Source of the DNA: Nitrospirales bacterium | Lineage (GTDB): Bacteria; Nitrospirota; Nitrospiria; Nitrospirales; UBA8639 | Reading direction: 5' to 3' | Assembly (NCBI GenBank): GCA_965203295.1 | Contig: CBDBCZ010000011.1 | Coordinates: 64,001-128,000, forward strand | DNA: 64,000 bases | Shown here: piece by piece, positions 11,909 through 25,800 of the stretch | Numbering within the stretch: the first letter of the stretch is position 1 | How the letters are laid out: every line of letters starts with the position of its first letter | Translations under genes and position numbers: made by a program | Notes under the pieces: generated by a model | Database searches by the model: none | The model's input: the letters and a program-made list of their open reading frames with translations, nothing else | What the model was told of the DNA's origin: nothing

Positions 11909-14900
11909 TGTCATAAAATTTTGGGGCCCCCATGGATTTGGGTCCCCCCCCCCCCCCCGGCCCCATTTCCACGGGATATTGGGGCCCCCGTCGTAAATTT
12001 GGGGCCCCCCTTCCGCCCGGTAATGCTAAGCGATCGCTTACAGGTCCATCTTTCTGTGAAATGCGCGCGTCAATGCCTGCCAATAAAGCGAAGTGCACAA
12101 ACTTCCCTAAGCACTTTGGGGTATGATAATTATCATGGAGGAGACGGAGAAAGAAGGACGATTCAACTTCCGCGAAATTCATGCGCATGTTCGCAAGGTC
12201 AGCAATTCGTTGTGTGAGTGGATCTCGCTCCACCCATAGCGGAGCTCATCGCCTGGCCCCGGTTGACCTGGTCCACGGATGGAGTTGACTTCACCTCAAT
12301 AATAAATTGCTGTATATCATTTTATTTTCAGTTTTATTTTGTTTTGATTTATATTTTGCATTATTATATAATAATTGTTTCTTTCCGAGCCAGACACTTG
12401 GGTCTATCCGCCCGCAGTGCAACCATGGAGAACAACGTACACCTTAAATTTAAACCCTGCTATTTAACTTTGACCAAGATTGTACATGTACCTATTGTGT
12501 ATTGTTTAAGTAATGTGCTTAATGCCCCCACCACCCGCCGACCAATCTGGAAGTATAAACTGGCCAATTTTGAAGCCGCCAATGAAATGTTGTCGAACAT
12601 TGATTGGGATCCCCTTCTAGACATGGACATTGATCGAGCGTGGAACAATTGGCAAGCTCAATTTCTCTCGGTTATGGAGCTCTGCATTCCAAAAGGAGTG
12701 CTTCCTAAAAGGAAGCATCCCCCCTGGATAACTAAGCAGATCAGGAATGCTATTTACAAACGGAACCAACTTTTCCGGAAGTTTCGCATATCAAATGATT
12801 TACGCACTTTCTCCCGGTACAAGAATCTCAGGAACAGAGTCACGTCTATGCTGAGGAAAGGAAAAAAGACCTATATGAACAGCCTACAATCTGCAAATGC
12901 TAAACAGTTCTGGAGAGCAGTAAAGCACTTGAATTGTAAGAGTGTATCGTCCATACCTGTACTCAGACGCGACGGAGAAGAGGCTTGCACAGACCATGCA
13001 AAGGCTGTATTGCTCAACAATTTTTTCTCCTCTTGTTTTAACCAATCCATGCCACCACTAACCGAGTCGAGCTATCAAGTACAGTCTACTTCTCAGGAGT
13101 GCCCAGACGATTTACTATGCACAGAGGAAGAGATTCTGGAATTGCTTTTGTCCCTAGATGTCACCAAAAGTAGTGGTCCTGATGGCATATCAGCTAGAAT
13201 GCTCAAAGCCACTGCTACCAGCATTGCCTCTTCACTCTGTAGGCTGTTCAACCTCTCAGTTACAACTGGTCATTTCCCTGCAGCATGGAAAATATCCAAT
13301 GTTGTACCTATCCCGAAAGATGGTGACAAATCTGCTCCTAACAACTATCGACCCATCTCGCTCTTGCCGATTGTGAGTAAATTACTTGAGCGGCATGTAC
13401 ATGGTAGGGTCATGAAGCATTTGAATGAATCTCACCCACTCAGTGATCATCAATGGGGATTTCGTCCGGGCAAGTCCACAACTCATGCTCTTTTGTCTGC
13501 TACCAACGAATGGTTTGAACTCCTAGATGCTGGAGTGGAAGTAGGTGCAATCTTTTTTGACTTGTCTAAGGCATTTGATTCAGTTCCTCACAAGGCTCTT
13601 CTGGAAAAACTAAAGCGCACAGGATTGAACGGACTGTTATTCGACTGGATTGCCAATTATCTCACGAACAGAAAGCAACGAGTTGTTGTCAATGGTGAAA
13701 AGTCCAATGAGCTACCAGTTCTTTCTGGAGTCCCTCAGGGGTCGGTACTGGGGCCATTATTGTTCTTGATCTATATCAATGACATTGACAACATTCCTTT
13801 CTCGCCGGGTACAAAACTTGTCATTTATGCTGATGATGTGCTGCTATACAGGCCTATCAGGTCTCCACTTGACTATGAGCTCTTGCAGAGAGATATTGAT
13901 GCAGTCGGTCTTTGGTCTACATCAAACTATCTCAAGTTCAATCCTAGGAAATGCAATGCTATGGTGTTTTCTAGAAAAAGGCCTGCCACAGCTCCCATCC
14001 GTCCTCTGATGCTGAATGGCCAAACCCTTGACATTGTGGATACGGTTAAATACCTTGGACTCACAATCTGCTCTGACCTTTCTTGGTCCAGACACATAAA
14101 CATTATCACCTCCAGAGCACGACGCCTGGTTGGTCTCCTATTTCGCCAGTTTTACTCCTGTACAGACAGTTATACCTTGAGTAAACTCTACACTACAATG
14201 GTGCGACCCCATCTTGAATACGCCTGTGAGGTCTGGGATCCACGCCTGGGTAAGGATTCTAAGCTCATTGAAAGGGTTCAAAGCTTTGCTACCAAAGTAT
14301 GCTTAAAACAATGGAACTCCTCATACCCAGACATGCTGGATACCTTAAATCTCCCGTCACTGAGTAAACGAAGAAAGTGGGCCAAACTCAGTACTCTCTA
14401 CAAAATCGTACATGGCTACACCGACTATCCATCACCTCCCTTAATACCGAGAACCCAATTCCATTCTTCACGCTATGTGCATGACTTTTCTTTTGTGCAA
14501 CCTTTTGCACGTACTTCTCAAACTTTATTTTCTTTTTTCCCACACACGCTTTCATTATGGAACAATTTACCATATTCTATTGTATCGTGTCGCTCTCTCT
14601 CTGTCTTTAAGCATCATATTATGGGTGAATGCTAGTGTTAGCTTTTTTCTTTAGCTATTCCATCCACCCTTGCCATGTCCATTTCTGTATGTTGTGTTGG
14701 CATAAACAGTATAAAAAAAAAAATAAAAAAAAATAAAAATGCAGTACCAATCCTAAGTCTTGTGTGTGTAATAGTAAGGTATTGATAATAACCACTGCCT
14801 TTATTATGCTTATGATAGGCGAGGGCCCCCATATGGCTGAGGGCCCCTGTTCCCATATTCCTTGTAAACTAAGGGGGGTCCCATGTTCCCAAGAGGAGCC

Positions 14901-15033
14901 CCATCTTCCCGGTAGTATGGGGCCCTAGGGGCCCCATATGACTGGTAAGATGGGACCCTGGGCCCCCAAGATACCGGTAATATGGGGCCTGGGGGGGGGG
15001 GGCAGTTTAGGGGGACCCCATTTTCCCTTGACA
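11909..15033. mobile_element. TGTCA...TGACA MITE with GGGCCCC-rich subterminal repeats (Ginger-like termini), split by a LINE
   Basis: It begins tgtcataaaattttggggccccc and ends ggggaccccattttcccttgaca. A related end occurs at ~61711. The 4-bp flanks (ccat/cctg) do not match exactly. Confidence 0.55.
12527..14739 (+). mobile_element. 5'-truncated CR1/L2-group LINE with an uninterrupted RT frame to stop at 14635 and an A-rich tail
   Basis: Motifs KSSGPDGI, YRPISLL, DLSKAFDSV, GVPQGSVLGP, YADD, KYLG and RPHLEYAC, with a poly(A)-like tract at 14712-14739. The APE endonuclease is missing. The first ~100 aa of the predicted 12218 ORF are flanking DNA. Confidence 0.92.
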
Positions 15034-15205
15034 CCTGTGATGGGTGTGGCCTACGCGTACTGTACTCGTGACTTATTCAGTAATTGCGTTCCAGGGGTTC
15101 ACGTGAATTGATCCTAAGTCTCCAGACCACTTCTCCTCGTGCCGATACTGAAAGCGATCGGAGCTGAGGATCAAAGTGGGCTGGCTCGCGAGACTACCTT
15201 TGTTG

Positions 15206-15510
15206 GATACAGATATTACCCTGCAGACAGTCATGCTTTGGCAAACTGGAGCCAGACAGCCAAGGCCAATACAACAGATCTCCGCAAAACTATCAAAAAC
15301 GTAGGGTAGAGTAGCATAGCGCAATAACTTGCCACTCCCGTCTGTAGCATGATGAAAATATTGTGTCCCACCACGAAATTTTGCACAGCAAGTGAGTTGG
15401 ACGGTCGTATCCAAGCTTCTGGAACGCTTCTAGAATGGCTATATAAACATCAGGCTCTTCAAAATCTCGATGGAGTCGAAGAACTAAAACTCTATTGGGA
15501 ACGGCCATAG
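15206..15510 (-). pseudogene. Second RecQ-like (AcademH-type) helicase remnant
   Basis: Frameshifted pieces EAFQKLGYDRPT and AKFRGG...GSGKLLRYATLPYVFD resemble the remnant at 11650-11890. Confidence 0.6.
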
Positions 15511-15617
15511 CTCCCAGACAGAAATTAGCCTACGATTAGATAAAGAGCGATTTCATTGGTTAGCGCGGGCCGCAGTTAAATTCTACCGCGAATGTGAGAA
15601 AATCTGATTGACTGTAC

Positions 15618-15655
15618 CATAGATAAACAATCCCTAAAGGGATTGTTTATCTATG
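15618..15655. repeat. 38-bp perfect hairpin with CATAG...CTATG ends (P-element-like mini MITE)
   Basis: catagataaacaatccct-aa-agggattgtttatctatg, flanked by actgtac/actgtat. Confidence 0.7.
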
Positions 15656-16180
15656 ACTGTATTTGCCAGACACATATTTCAGGAGGGGGGGGCTTTTGGG
15701 GGGGGTCCACATATTTCAGAAAAATTCTGTGGGCGTGTCAGATACACCTCTCATGCGTGACGTATACAATCGATTCAAGACTAGAAGTGGAACCATGAGT
15801 CCGGTCCCGTATCGAGCTGCTGGTAAAACGGTAACGAAAGATATATTTATTCAAATATTACGCTATTGATACAAAAAAGAAGATACTATGGGATATAAAG
15901 CTAACTCATTTATCATGTGCAATGCAAAATGAATCGCCCCTCTGCAACTGCTGCAACATGGCAAAAGCGGCGTGGCACTTAGTTGCAGAGGGGCGATTCA
16001 AGGGCTCGGGCTTTAAACACAACAAAAGACTCCTACGCCGCCTTACGAGTCCATTTTCAAGGTGATAGAGCCGGGGCGATATAGTAAAAAACTCCAAAAA
16101 CGGTCAATGGAGAGTACTGTACTAAACGTGCATTACGTAATCTACAGTACTGAGCTACACGTGACTTTAATGAGACCTGA

Positions 16181-16570
16181 TCAGTAAAGGTCAACCTTGA
16201 CCGACCTCCTCTGGGTGGTGCCTTCTTCAGAGAGAAGCATGAGTCCATCCACAAACAGCTCGGTGGCATCTCGGTAGACATTGATCAGGATGGTTGCCAG
16301 TGAGGGGCAGAGGAGTCTTATGTTGTTTAGGGCAACTTCCTGATTAAGGGAGTTGAATGCATTGCTGGCGTCAACAAGCAGGACAGCTTCGCTGTCTTTG
16401 TTGTGGAAGGAGGCATGCATTGCATGCACGGCTGCTTCTATTCCGGCAATCTGCCCAGCGCAGAGTTGTAAGGAGCTGGCGGCTTCTTGGAGGTCAGCTT
16501 TTGTAACAAATAGAACGGCTTTAGAGATAATTCATTGGGCTGTTTCGCAGATAATTCCAATTGGTCTATC
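16181..16570 (-). pseudogene. CRE-type RT fragment
   Basis: EAVLLVDASNAFNSLN...SEEGTTQR is clearly homologous to the RT at 9166-11103. Confidence 0.85.
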
Positions 16571-16883
16571 ACATCTCTGTGGGTTTGTCAGACACGCCTC
16601 TCATGCGTGACGTAAAACAATCGATTCATGACTGGAACTGGACCTAACTTTATTAGAAGTGTACTTGCAAGCATATAATTTCTCTGCACATATACATGTT
16701 TATGCACAGTCATGTATAATTATAGGACTGACGTACTTATGTACTTGCATGACAATTAATACATGAGTGTGTGAAGGCCTGAGTAGTTGTGTCTTATATT
16801 TTATTTCTTTCAATGCATCCCAATATGCAGGAAAGTCTGAAGATGGTGTGGCTAAGCCCGTTGGTTGTTTGAAGCTACATACA

Positions 16884-19800
16884 ATGGCAGAGGCTCCTAA
16901 TGAACTTTCATCTCAGCAGGGCAGTGATCCTGCATTATGTTCAGAGGGACATCCTCATGAGCTTCCAGCAGCCCTGCAGAGGATTCAATTACCTGAACCA
17001 AGTTTAGAAGAAAAACGTGAGGTGGTTCAAAAATGGAATAACAAGGCTGCAGATATCTTTATCTTGATACATGAAGGTTAGTAATTGTGAATTGCAGCTA
17101 AAGATTGTTAATATTTAAATATAAGTATACCTACTGAGTTACTGTATACGTATGTGACTTTAGGGTACACAGTAAAATACACATTACATTGGCATTAGGT
17201 CCTCCATTTACATGCGTGTATACCAAACATCCAACTTTTTAATAAGGAATGACATCATTTTCGCACACATGACTGTAGACATTCGTAATAACAGTGCATT
17301 ATCTCTAATGCATAGCTACATTGTTGGACAAGAGCATGTACTATATCCTACAGTTTTGTACTCCTTAGTTACAATATATCCTGCAGTTCTGTACTTCCTT
17401 GGTTACATACATAACCTCAAGTTACGCATGCCCATGCATGAGCATGCAGTAGTGCCATATTAAGTTAGGGAGGCTGTGAAGATGTGTTTCCAAATATCCT
17501 CTGTGGATATAGGTTTATTCCTCAGCTGCGCCTCAGGTAAAACCACATCCACAGTACTAGTGGCTATATTGACACATATCTTCCTCTGTGAGGTGGTGTA
17601 GCTATCCTATATACTTAAATCCTGTGCAGTCCCATCGCGTAACTTGAGGTTATGTATGTAACCAAGGTGACACTAAGCTAATCAAAGTTAGGCCTAGCCA
17701 GAAATGAGGGTTTTACCTACATCATCCAGTAGTCGTGGTGAAGTATGATGTCATTATACAAAAAGTGTAGCTATAGTGAGTGCAAATTTGTTGTGCTACC
17801 TCATCTCAGAGCTCTTAAACTTTTGTAGGTCATGCAGATTCCTAGTTATACTAAAGTTTCCAAGGGGCCTACATGTCCGAACGTTCCAGTATGTTCCAGT
17901 ATGTAGAGAGCCAGCTTCACATATTCAGAATCGCGGTCACCACTCCTCAAAATGAAGTACGATAAGTCTTTCTTCTTGATGTCTGGACATAAACCCTATA
18001 TAATTATAGACCCACTAATGTAGTTGTGGCGTCAGCAGCACATTTGTCTTGGATTCAGAGACAATTTGAGCAGGTAAGTAAATATATAGTGCCTATATAG
18101 TGTGAAAGAATGGCACGCATTGGCAAAAATTGTTTCTGGGCTTTCTCTCCAGTTCTTATACTATAGCCCTGCACAGGTTCTGTGGCCTTCTATCACCCTG
18201 TTATCAAGCTATGAGCATCAAAGCTGTGCACATGAATTTTCAATGATATATCTCGACTTCTGGTAATGCCTAACCTTAACGTGGAACGTGTAAAGCATGT
18301 ACGCTGTTTCTCAATTGCCAAGGGAGCTCATACTCGAGTACCTACAAAGATGTTTCAGATATTTAATATACATTACCATTGCAACCACTTTTTCCATGCT
18401 ATGGCACTCAAAGGAGGCTACATACAGAGATTATTTCTAAACCAATGTATAGTAAAATCAGTTAAAGGACAGTTTGGTTGAGGGGTTACACTCCTCGGCT
18501 TTGCCGCGGACTTTAAATTCCAGCTGTCCTTTAACTATTACATATCAGAGTATTCCTATATACCGTCCACCCATGTTCTGAATCAAAAAAATTACTGTAG
18601 ACCGCATACCTTTGTCTGTACCAAACTGATGTGTACCGTACCGGCACCTTCCATACTTACGGACTGTACCACCCATACATCTGGTAAAGTATGCTAATTA
18701 TTTTTAGTCCTTTCAAAGTGACTATTTTTGCTGATAAATTATTGGATCATGCATGAAGACCCGCTGGCATGACTATTACACTACCGTATAGCGCTTAAAT
18801 TTGGCGGGTCTAAAAATTCGCGAATAGCCGTTTTTGAACGTTTCGTTGAATTTCGCGAATTCGTTGTTCAAATTTAATACCCACTTACTAATGAATATAT
18901 GGGCGAGCGTAACTAAATGCGCACAGATTTACAGGAAGCATAGTAGCCAATTGTGTCTAGCCCTCCATGCTCTGCTGCTCACTTTCCAATTTCGGCCTTC
19001 TTCGCGCTTGTTTTCAGGCATCCTACCCCTGACCTTCGCACCGGCAGATGGCTGAAGTACAGCGACTTAGCTGTTTAATAACCGCAAAATCGCGGACTAG
19101 GGCACTTGTTTGGAGAGCGGTCCTTGTGGATCCGGCAACTTGGACCCCGGATATTGTCCGTCCACGCTCTAAAAGTACCGAAGCGGCGGGATAGTAGGTC
19201 AATACTCTACTATCTGTGCGGAAGTGTAAAAATGAATTATTTTCGTTGAAATAATCTTGCGAATCGTTCCAAATTCGCGAAATTCGTAAAATAAAAGACC
19301 CGCGAAATTTAAGCGCTATACCGTATTACGCAGTTTTTGTTCACCTTCATGCATTCAAGCTCCCTAAACCTTAAACTGCATAATAGTAATGCAATACAAT
19401 ATTATACCATCCTCTCCCCTTTTTTCAGCTAGAGAGGCTGTGACTTTTGCAGGGAAATCTCATATGATTCATGCTGTGTAGGGAGGCATTTTAGGATGGG
19501 GGGGGGGGGGGTGCAGGCTGCACAGCAGCTGATAATGTTTCTGCACAAAGTGTGTGGGGACAATTAGCTAGCTACTAAAGTTTTCAGCTGTGACAAATTG
19601 GTTCTTATAGCATCTTGCTATATTAAAGGTTATGCAAGGTATCATCCCTACAGCATGTCTTTGTCAGTTTCTATAAGACAAGAAGTTAATCCACGACATA
19701 GTTGCGTGGCTGTTAGAGTGTGGCTACTTTGCTGGCTGTTGATACATCATGTGACAAGCACATGCAACAGTGATACTGTGTAAACACTCAATTAACTTGT

Positions 19801-22800
19801 ACAGGTATTGTTCACCTTGGAGCCGGGGCAGAAAAAGATTGGTTGAGCCACTGTGCTGCCATACAATTGCAAGAAAACCAATCATGCAGAGCAGATGGTT
19901 ACCTAGTTTCTCGTTGACACAAATTTTGAATGGGGCACAGCCCCATGCTTTCTGCATTTATGGGGGTTTCAGTACGCCCACACCTACGCCTGTTGATGAT
20001 ATATTTTGCATCACAGATATATATTTATATGAAGAGGGTTTAAGTCGCCATGGAGAGCTTATTGTTAGTGGGCAGCGATTTTTCTAAGCCTAGTTGGCAT
20101 AATTGACAGTAATAGATGTATGCAGAAATGTGTGAAGTACATGTATGGTGTCAATTATTATATTAGGAGAATATGATGTTATTGCTACTGCTGAACCCCG
20201 TGAAAATTCTTTGTTGGAGACTGAATACCCAATGACATGCGAGGTGAGTACTACATAATAGTCTCTGAATTACCAACATATTTTTTGGGTGTTGTAGCCT
20301 GCCTATATATGATGAAATTCAAATCAAGCATATTATTGGACGGAGCCAGCTGCTGGTGTTCTTTTTTTCGCCTAATGCAAAGCACTTGCAGACACTGCCA
20401 TCCAAGGCGGTAGGACCTGTATTCTCACATCTTTACATTTATAGACTCAGTAAAGGAGGTGCCACTGATCAGCAGATAAAGGGGTTATATGTATTAGTTA
20501 TAACACGCCTAGGAGGGATGATGTTGATTTATAAGCACAGGCCTGAGGGCTGAGTGCTTATCAATCAACAACATCCCGACTGGGCGTGTTTTTTAAGTGA
20601 TTTATTTGATTTTGTTAAGTGGTTGCAGCAGGACTACAGTGGTGCTGCTGCCAGTGCCTATGCTGTGTTACGTAAGAATACTATACTGTTTACTTTGCCT
20701 AGCCTAGGTCCTGCCCAGTGCACCTTGCTTCCGTGCTGACTCAGCTGTATCTGCATATTTCCCTAACCGCAGTGCAATATCTGCTGTGCTTCAGCAAGCG
20801 TGCTCGTAGCTCGTTTATTTGCCCCAATAAACTTAGCAACCACCTAGCAACGGCAAATAAATAATAAATAATCATGTTTGGCACAAAGGAGAGGACACAG
20901 AGGGATGAAACTTAGACCATGTGAGCTTTGAATGAAAACTAAGAAAACGTATGTAAAATTTCTCTATTATCAGTTTCTATGAGGGGTTATGGCCAAAAGA
21001 AAACTATACACAGCTCTTATGAGAGCACGTGTTCAAAATGGTGTCAGGCAGCTACATGCATGCTGCCTTAGATCCTGTGATGCATGAAGCATCAGGGAAC
21101 AGGACAAGTCTCTAACATAGTGAGGCTTACTACAGCTCCCAGGTTAGTACAATTTATGTTGCTTCGGTATAAGTAGAGAGATATCAGCACTAGAAACAGA
21201 CAACATGATCGAGCTATGCAATATGACTTTCAAGCCGCACAACTTGTCTTCCGCTTGTGTAGCAGCTGTACGTGGCTGACCCTTGAAAATATGCTGCACA
21301 CAGAGATGCAAATCTCACAAAGACCAAACACTTTTTGTAGCTTAGTTTAATTTTGCCAATACCTTAGCTACTGTTATTCTCGCAATGGGGCCTGGGTCAC
21401 AAAAATATCCCAGCCTAACCACACCCAGGTCGTTATGTATTGTATAATTACGTTCTCTTGCAACAGGCTGAGTCATGAAAAATTCCGCACTTACATACAC
21501 TTGCAGCTCTGCTCATCCACCGTACTTTATATTTGGGTAGTGGTTATGACTAGATTGCAGGGGATTTATTGTTAAGTATAAAGAGGGGTCACTGAGGGGT
21601 TCACGTACTGTACAACTCTGACCCTTAGGAGATAAAAGATTCAAATGATTTTCTAATTCCGCTTTCTATATACATCCAAATATTCTGTTTATAGCTCTAC
21701 GTAATAATTAAAGTTCAGTTTGGGTGTGGGGAATTTAAAGTTTGAGGCGAAGCCAAGGAGTTTAACCCCTCACCCAAACTGACCTTTAACTGATTTGATA
21801 TACATTGGTATAGCAATGACCCCTGTATGTGGCCTCCTTTGAGTGCTATAAGCGTGGGAAAATGTGGTTGCCATGGTAATGTACATTAACAGTGTGTATA
21901 GACTGGGAAGCTGAGAACCTGTGTTCATTTCCCCCCCCCCATGCACTTTTTCTAGAATCTGATCATCTTCTCACTGTTTGTTGGAAGTATTGACTGTCAT
22001 GCATTTGATTTAGTCTCATTCATGCACTTCTAAACTCCATTCCTTTTCGCGAGTGCACAGGTCTGCGAAGGTCTTTAGGAACAAGGCTACTTTTGAACCA
22101 AATTTTTAATGAGCTGTGCTGTCTTACCATGACATTGTATCAGCCAACTAAATGCCATGAGTGATCTCTACATATTGTTGAGCATAGGGAATGATATAAG
22201 ATATTGACCTGAAGCCCCATTTTCAGAGCTTCTTTTTTTGACACTGAGTGTATAGGCCATGATTACGCATACACCATCTGCACTACTGAGCTACACTCAC
22301 CATACTCACAGTTGGCTGTGGTTGCTACCATAATTATGCGTTGACACTTTTATTATTCAATGTGGCAATAGAAATTAAATGTGGCTAGTACCACACATGC
22401 ATCAAAAAGGAAATGTAGCATGAAGACGGGCATACCTCAGCACCCCACAGTCATTGGCAGTAGTTCCTGTCAAGAAATGACAGTGACTAATTTCAGAGCT
22501 TGAACTCCATCTCTTATGTAACAGATTGATATCAGAGATTTCCCTAAAGTCCCTATTACCTTTGCTATTCATAATAACATAATTTTTTGGGCACCCAGCA
22601 TGCATTCCTATTCACAGCCTTTCCAACATAGCGCAGCAATTATTGCATTGAATTCTCATGTTCAAATCTAATGCAAGTCCAATCTTTACACCTTTTTTAC
22701 CAACATTTTCCTGCACTTAATTATTCATGACTGCTTATAATATATATAAATATGAAAATTCCTTTGTTGTCTTTGTACATAGAACTTAGATTAAAAATGC

Positions 22801-25800
22801 AAAATGTATATATTCAGACTTCCCCCCCTCCCCCCATTGCTTGTGATACTGCGAGAATCACTGGATATATGGCATTATTTGTCTCTGTAATTTCATGCAG
22901 GCTGTGCTGAAGTGGTTGCAGCAAGTCCTCCGCTTCTTTCCTTCAACAGACACAGAAGTTGAAAAATGTATTTTGGAAACTCTCAAACACCTCCAAGATA
23001 ATGATTTTCTCATCAGTGTGTTTGGCCAGTTCAACTCCGGAAAAAGTACACTCCTAAATGCAGTTCTGGCAAATGAGTACGCAAAATACAGTAACACACC
23101 TGCACTGTTGTTTGTTATGTGATGTCATTGGGGGCTATGAGTGATAAATAAACATACCAGCCTACATAGCCTACAGGAATTTTAGGGCAACTACAACCAA
23201 TTGGAACAACTTCTGTGAAATTCATGGTAATGAACCATTGGTAGATCTTTCCGCTGTGTTGCTAGTTGTACCCAATCTTTGGTTACACTACAAAATGGCT
23301 CTTTCATGTTGGCTTTAGTTAGTAGGGATCCTGGAGTGAGAAATGTTACCACCTTGGCCATGTCATCAATGGAAGTATACTATATGAATGTTTTTATGAC
23401 AATTAAGGAATAGATGTCCTTTTATATTGACACTGTGGACTTTGTGTGTCAATGGGTCCATTTTCAGCTGCCATTAATTTTACCTGTTATTACCCTGCCC
23501 CGTAGGCGTAGGGATGGTATTCTGATTCAGAATAGCCAGCAAACAGGGTTGTTAAAAGTGATGCTTTGCAGATTGCTCTTTTTGATGCTCCCCCCCCCCC
23601 CCCCCCCATCCACACATACACACACACAATTCAGGTGTCTGCCAGAAAGTGAGCAAAGTGAAACAATGATGCCTGTAAGGATAGCACACAGAAGAGATAC
23701 CCATCCTGGATCTTGTAAAAGTTGCTCAAATGTGCAGGTATAGATCCATTATAAAATATAAATACTTCCATTATTCTTGTTGATATTTATTTTGTTTCAG
23801 ATGTGTCCTCTACTAGAGGAATCCAAACCTGTTGATGGTCAGAAAATGATTTTACCAGATAATCCCACAAGAGGTGCAGAGAACATCTATGAAGCCCTTA
23901 CAGTTATTGACCAAAAAGTGAAGGGAAAGAAGCTGGAGGTTTGTAAAAAGTGCAATATTTATGCCTTACAGAGTACATCTTGAGCATACCACCTGATGTA
24001 GTAAATTCCTTAACAGGATTTTTCATGGTCATGTAGTATCCGCCTTTCATGCCCATGCATTCAAGATTTAAGTAACTAACTCACTTTGTGCTGTGTGTGC
24101 TGGGTTACTTGCCCATGCATTTGGTAAAGTATTTCCTGTAACTCAAGAGAGAATCCATCCCTGCCTGCATGCCATCCTCTCCAACACCACAATGGTAGTA
24201 CTATGCTATAAGCTTCCCTAATATCACTAGTTACCAACATTTCCCTTGGGATCGTTGCCATAGAATCCTCACAGTTAGGTCATACCATAGAGAGGAGGTG
24301 GGCTGTCCCGCGAGACTAAGACTCTGGTTGTTAGGCGCACCTCGCTATTAGGCACATAACATTTATTAAGCGCATGCTTCCTTCCCGGTCGTGGGTATCA
24401 TTTATTGAGTGCATGCTAAAAAATGCCAAAACACTCTTGCGAACTCCCTAGGTACGTGCCCGACTACAGTTCTGTCTGCTTTTAGCAAAACAATTGCACA
24501 TCGGTCAAGAGCGTTTCCTTGAAGACATGATGGCCATGGATTATATTTTCTTGAAGGAGGATGGAGTCTTCTGATACTTTGCTAATACTCACCATTTTGC
24601 TACTCTCAGCTTTTTTTAACGTGACTACAAAAATAGCTGCCTCTGCACACATCTTGCATTGTCATGTGTTGGGTGTGGCTTCAATAATTGCACCCCTATT
24701 AGCGCACATCCTCTATTAGGTTCACGGTTGCTTGAAAAGGGAGTTGCAGTAATACATATCCTTCAGAGAAGATCTCAGTTGGTTCTCGGCATTCATGTTG
24801 ATCGGAGTTCTTTATCTACCAACCATGAATTGGCTTTGCACACAAAGACATATTATGATGAAGTTTGTGAAGCCAGTTTGTGGTTGGTTGGTAGAAAGAG
24901 ACTCTCATCAACATGGATACATATCCTTCAAACAACCTTTGCCTTTGTTTTTGTAATGGTAGTACAGGAATTTATTCGTGTAAGTATTGTATAGCGCAAC
25001 GTTTTGATGATCAGATTCCAAATCTTTCCCAATTTTTCCACAGACTGCAAATTGTGAAACGTTCAATGGTCACAAAACTTTGCCGATCATTTTTTCATTC
25101 ATGTGTAAATACAAGCTTAAGGTTACTCTGTTACTTCAAACTGAAGGATGTAAAGCTGCAGGATTCTCCAAGTCCACTCTCAAAAGCACACTGTCGTTAT
25201 AGCCTAGCTCACTCCCAGGCTCTTCTGCCCAGCTTTTTTTTCACACTGCATGTGGAAAAAAGCTGGGCAGAAGAGCCTGAGAATGAGGCTAGACTGTCAT
25301 ATCTCTACTGCATAACAGCTGCTAATTCTTCCAAGGGCAGTATATTTTCCAGATTCCTTTGTAGATGGGGTAAACTTGCCAGGAAAATTGCATGTTCAAT
25401 AGCAGGAAGCCTCACCAATGAGCATGGCCCTATTCTATATCCCAGGGCGCCCCCCCCCCCCTCTATATGAAACCCTGCACATGTTGTATATTTTTGGGCT
25501 ATTTTGATTTGAGATATATTGATTACAGTGATCCAGAACAATTTTTTTAAAGCATGCATTCTTTGTTCCACTTTGTACTTCAGGTCACTTCTCAATTCAC
25601 CATTAAGGCACATGTCCCTGCCATTGCTAATGTACAAGAACCATGGAGAGTGCTTCTTGTTGATAACCCTGGCTTTTCAGCTGATGATGATGGGATAAAT
25701 AGCCTTGCACACACTGCAATGAAGACCAGTCATGCCTATGTACTCACCCTTGATTACAACACCATTGAAGATGAAAGAAATGCCAAAACCTTTCAGGATA

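Larger units (their letters stand above)
11415..15196 (+). mobile_element. Non-autonomous AcademH-type transposon with a RecQ-like helicase remnant and nested insertions
   Basis: Imperfect ~100-bp TIRs (tagtctcgtgaaccagcccactt.../...aagtgggctggctcgcgagacta) and an exact 9-bp TSD cctttgttg (11406-11414, 15197-15205). Positions 11650-11890 encode a broken LRERQEEVVAKFVRGRDVFVFLP..SGKSLCY (SF2 helicase motif 0/I). Confidence 0.85.

Noticed and set aside
12218..12526. Hydrophobic N-terminus of the 805-aa ORF suggesting a membrane-anchored RT
   Set aside because: It is AT-rich flanking/MITE DNA that happens to be in frame with a 5'-truncated LINE.
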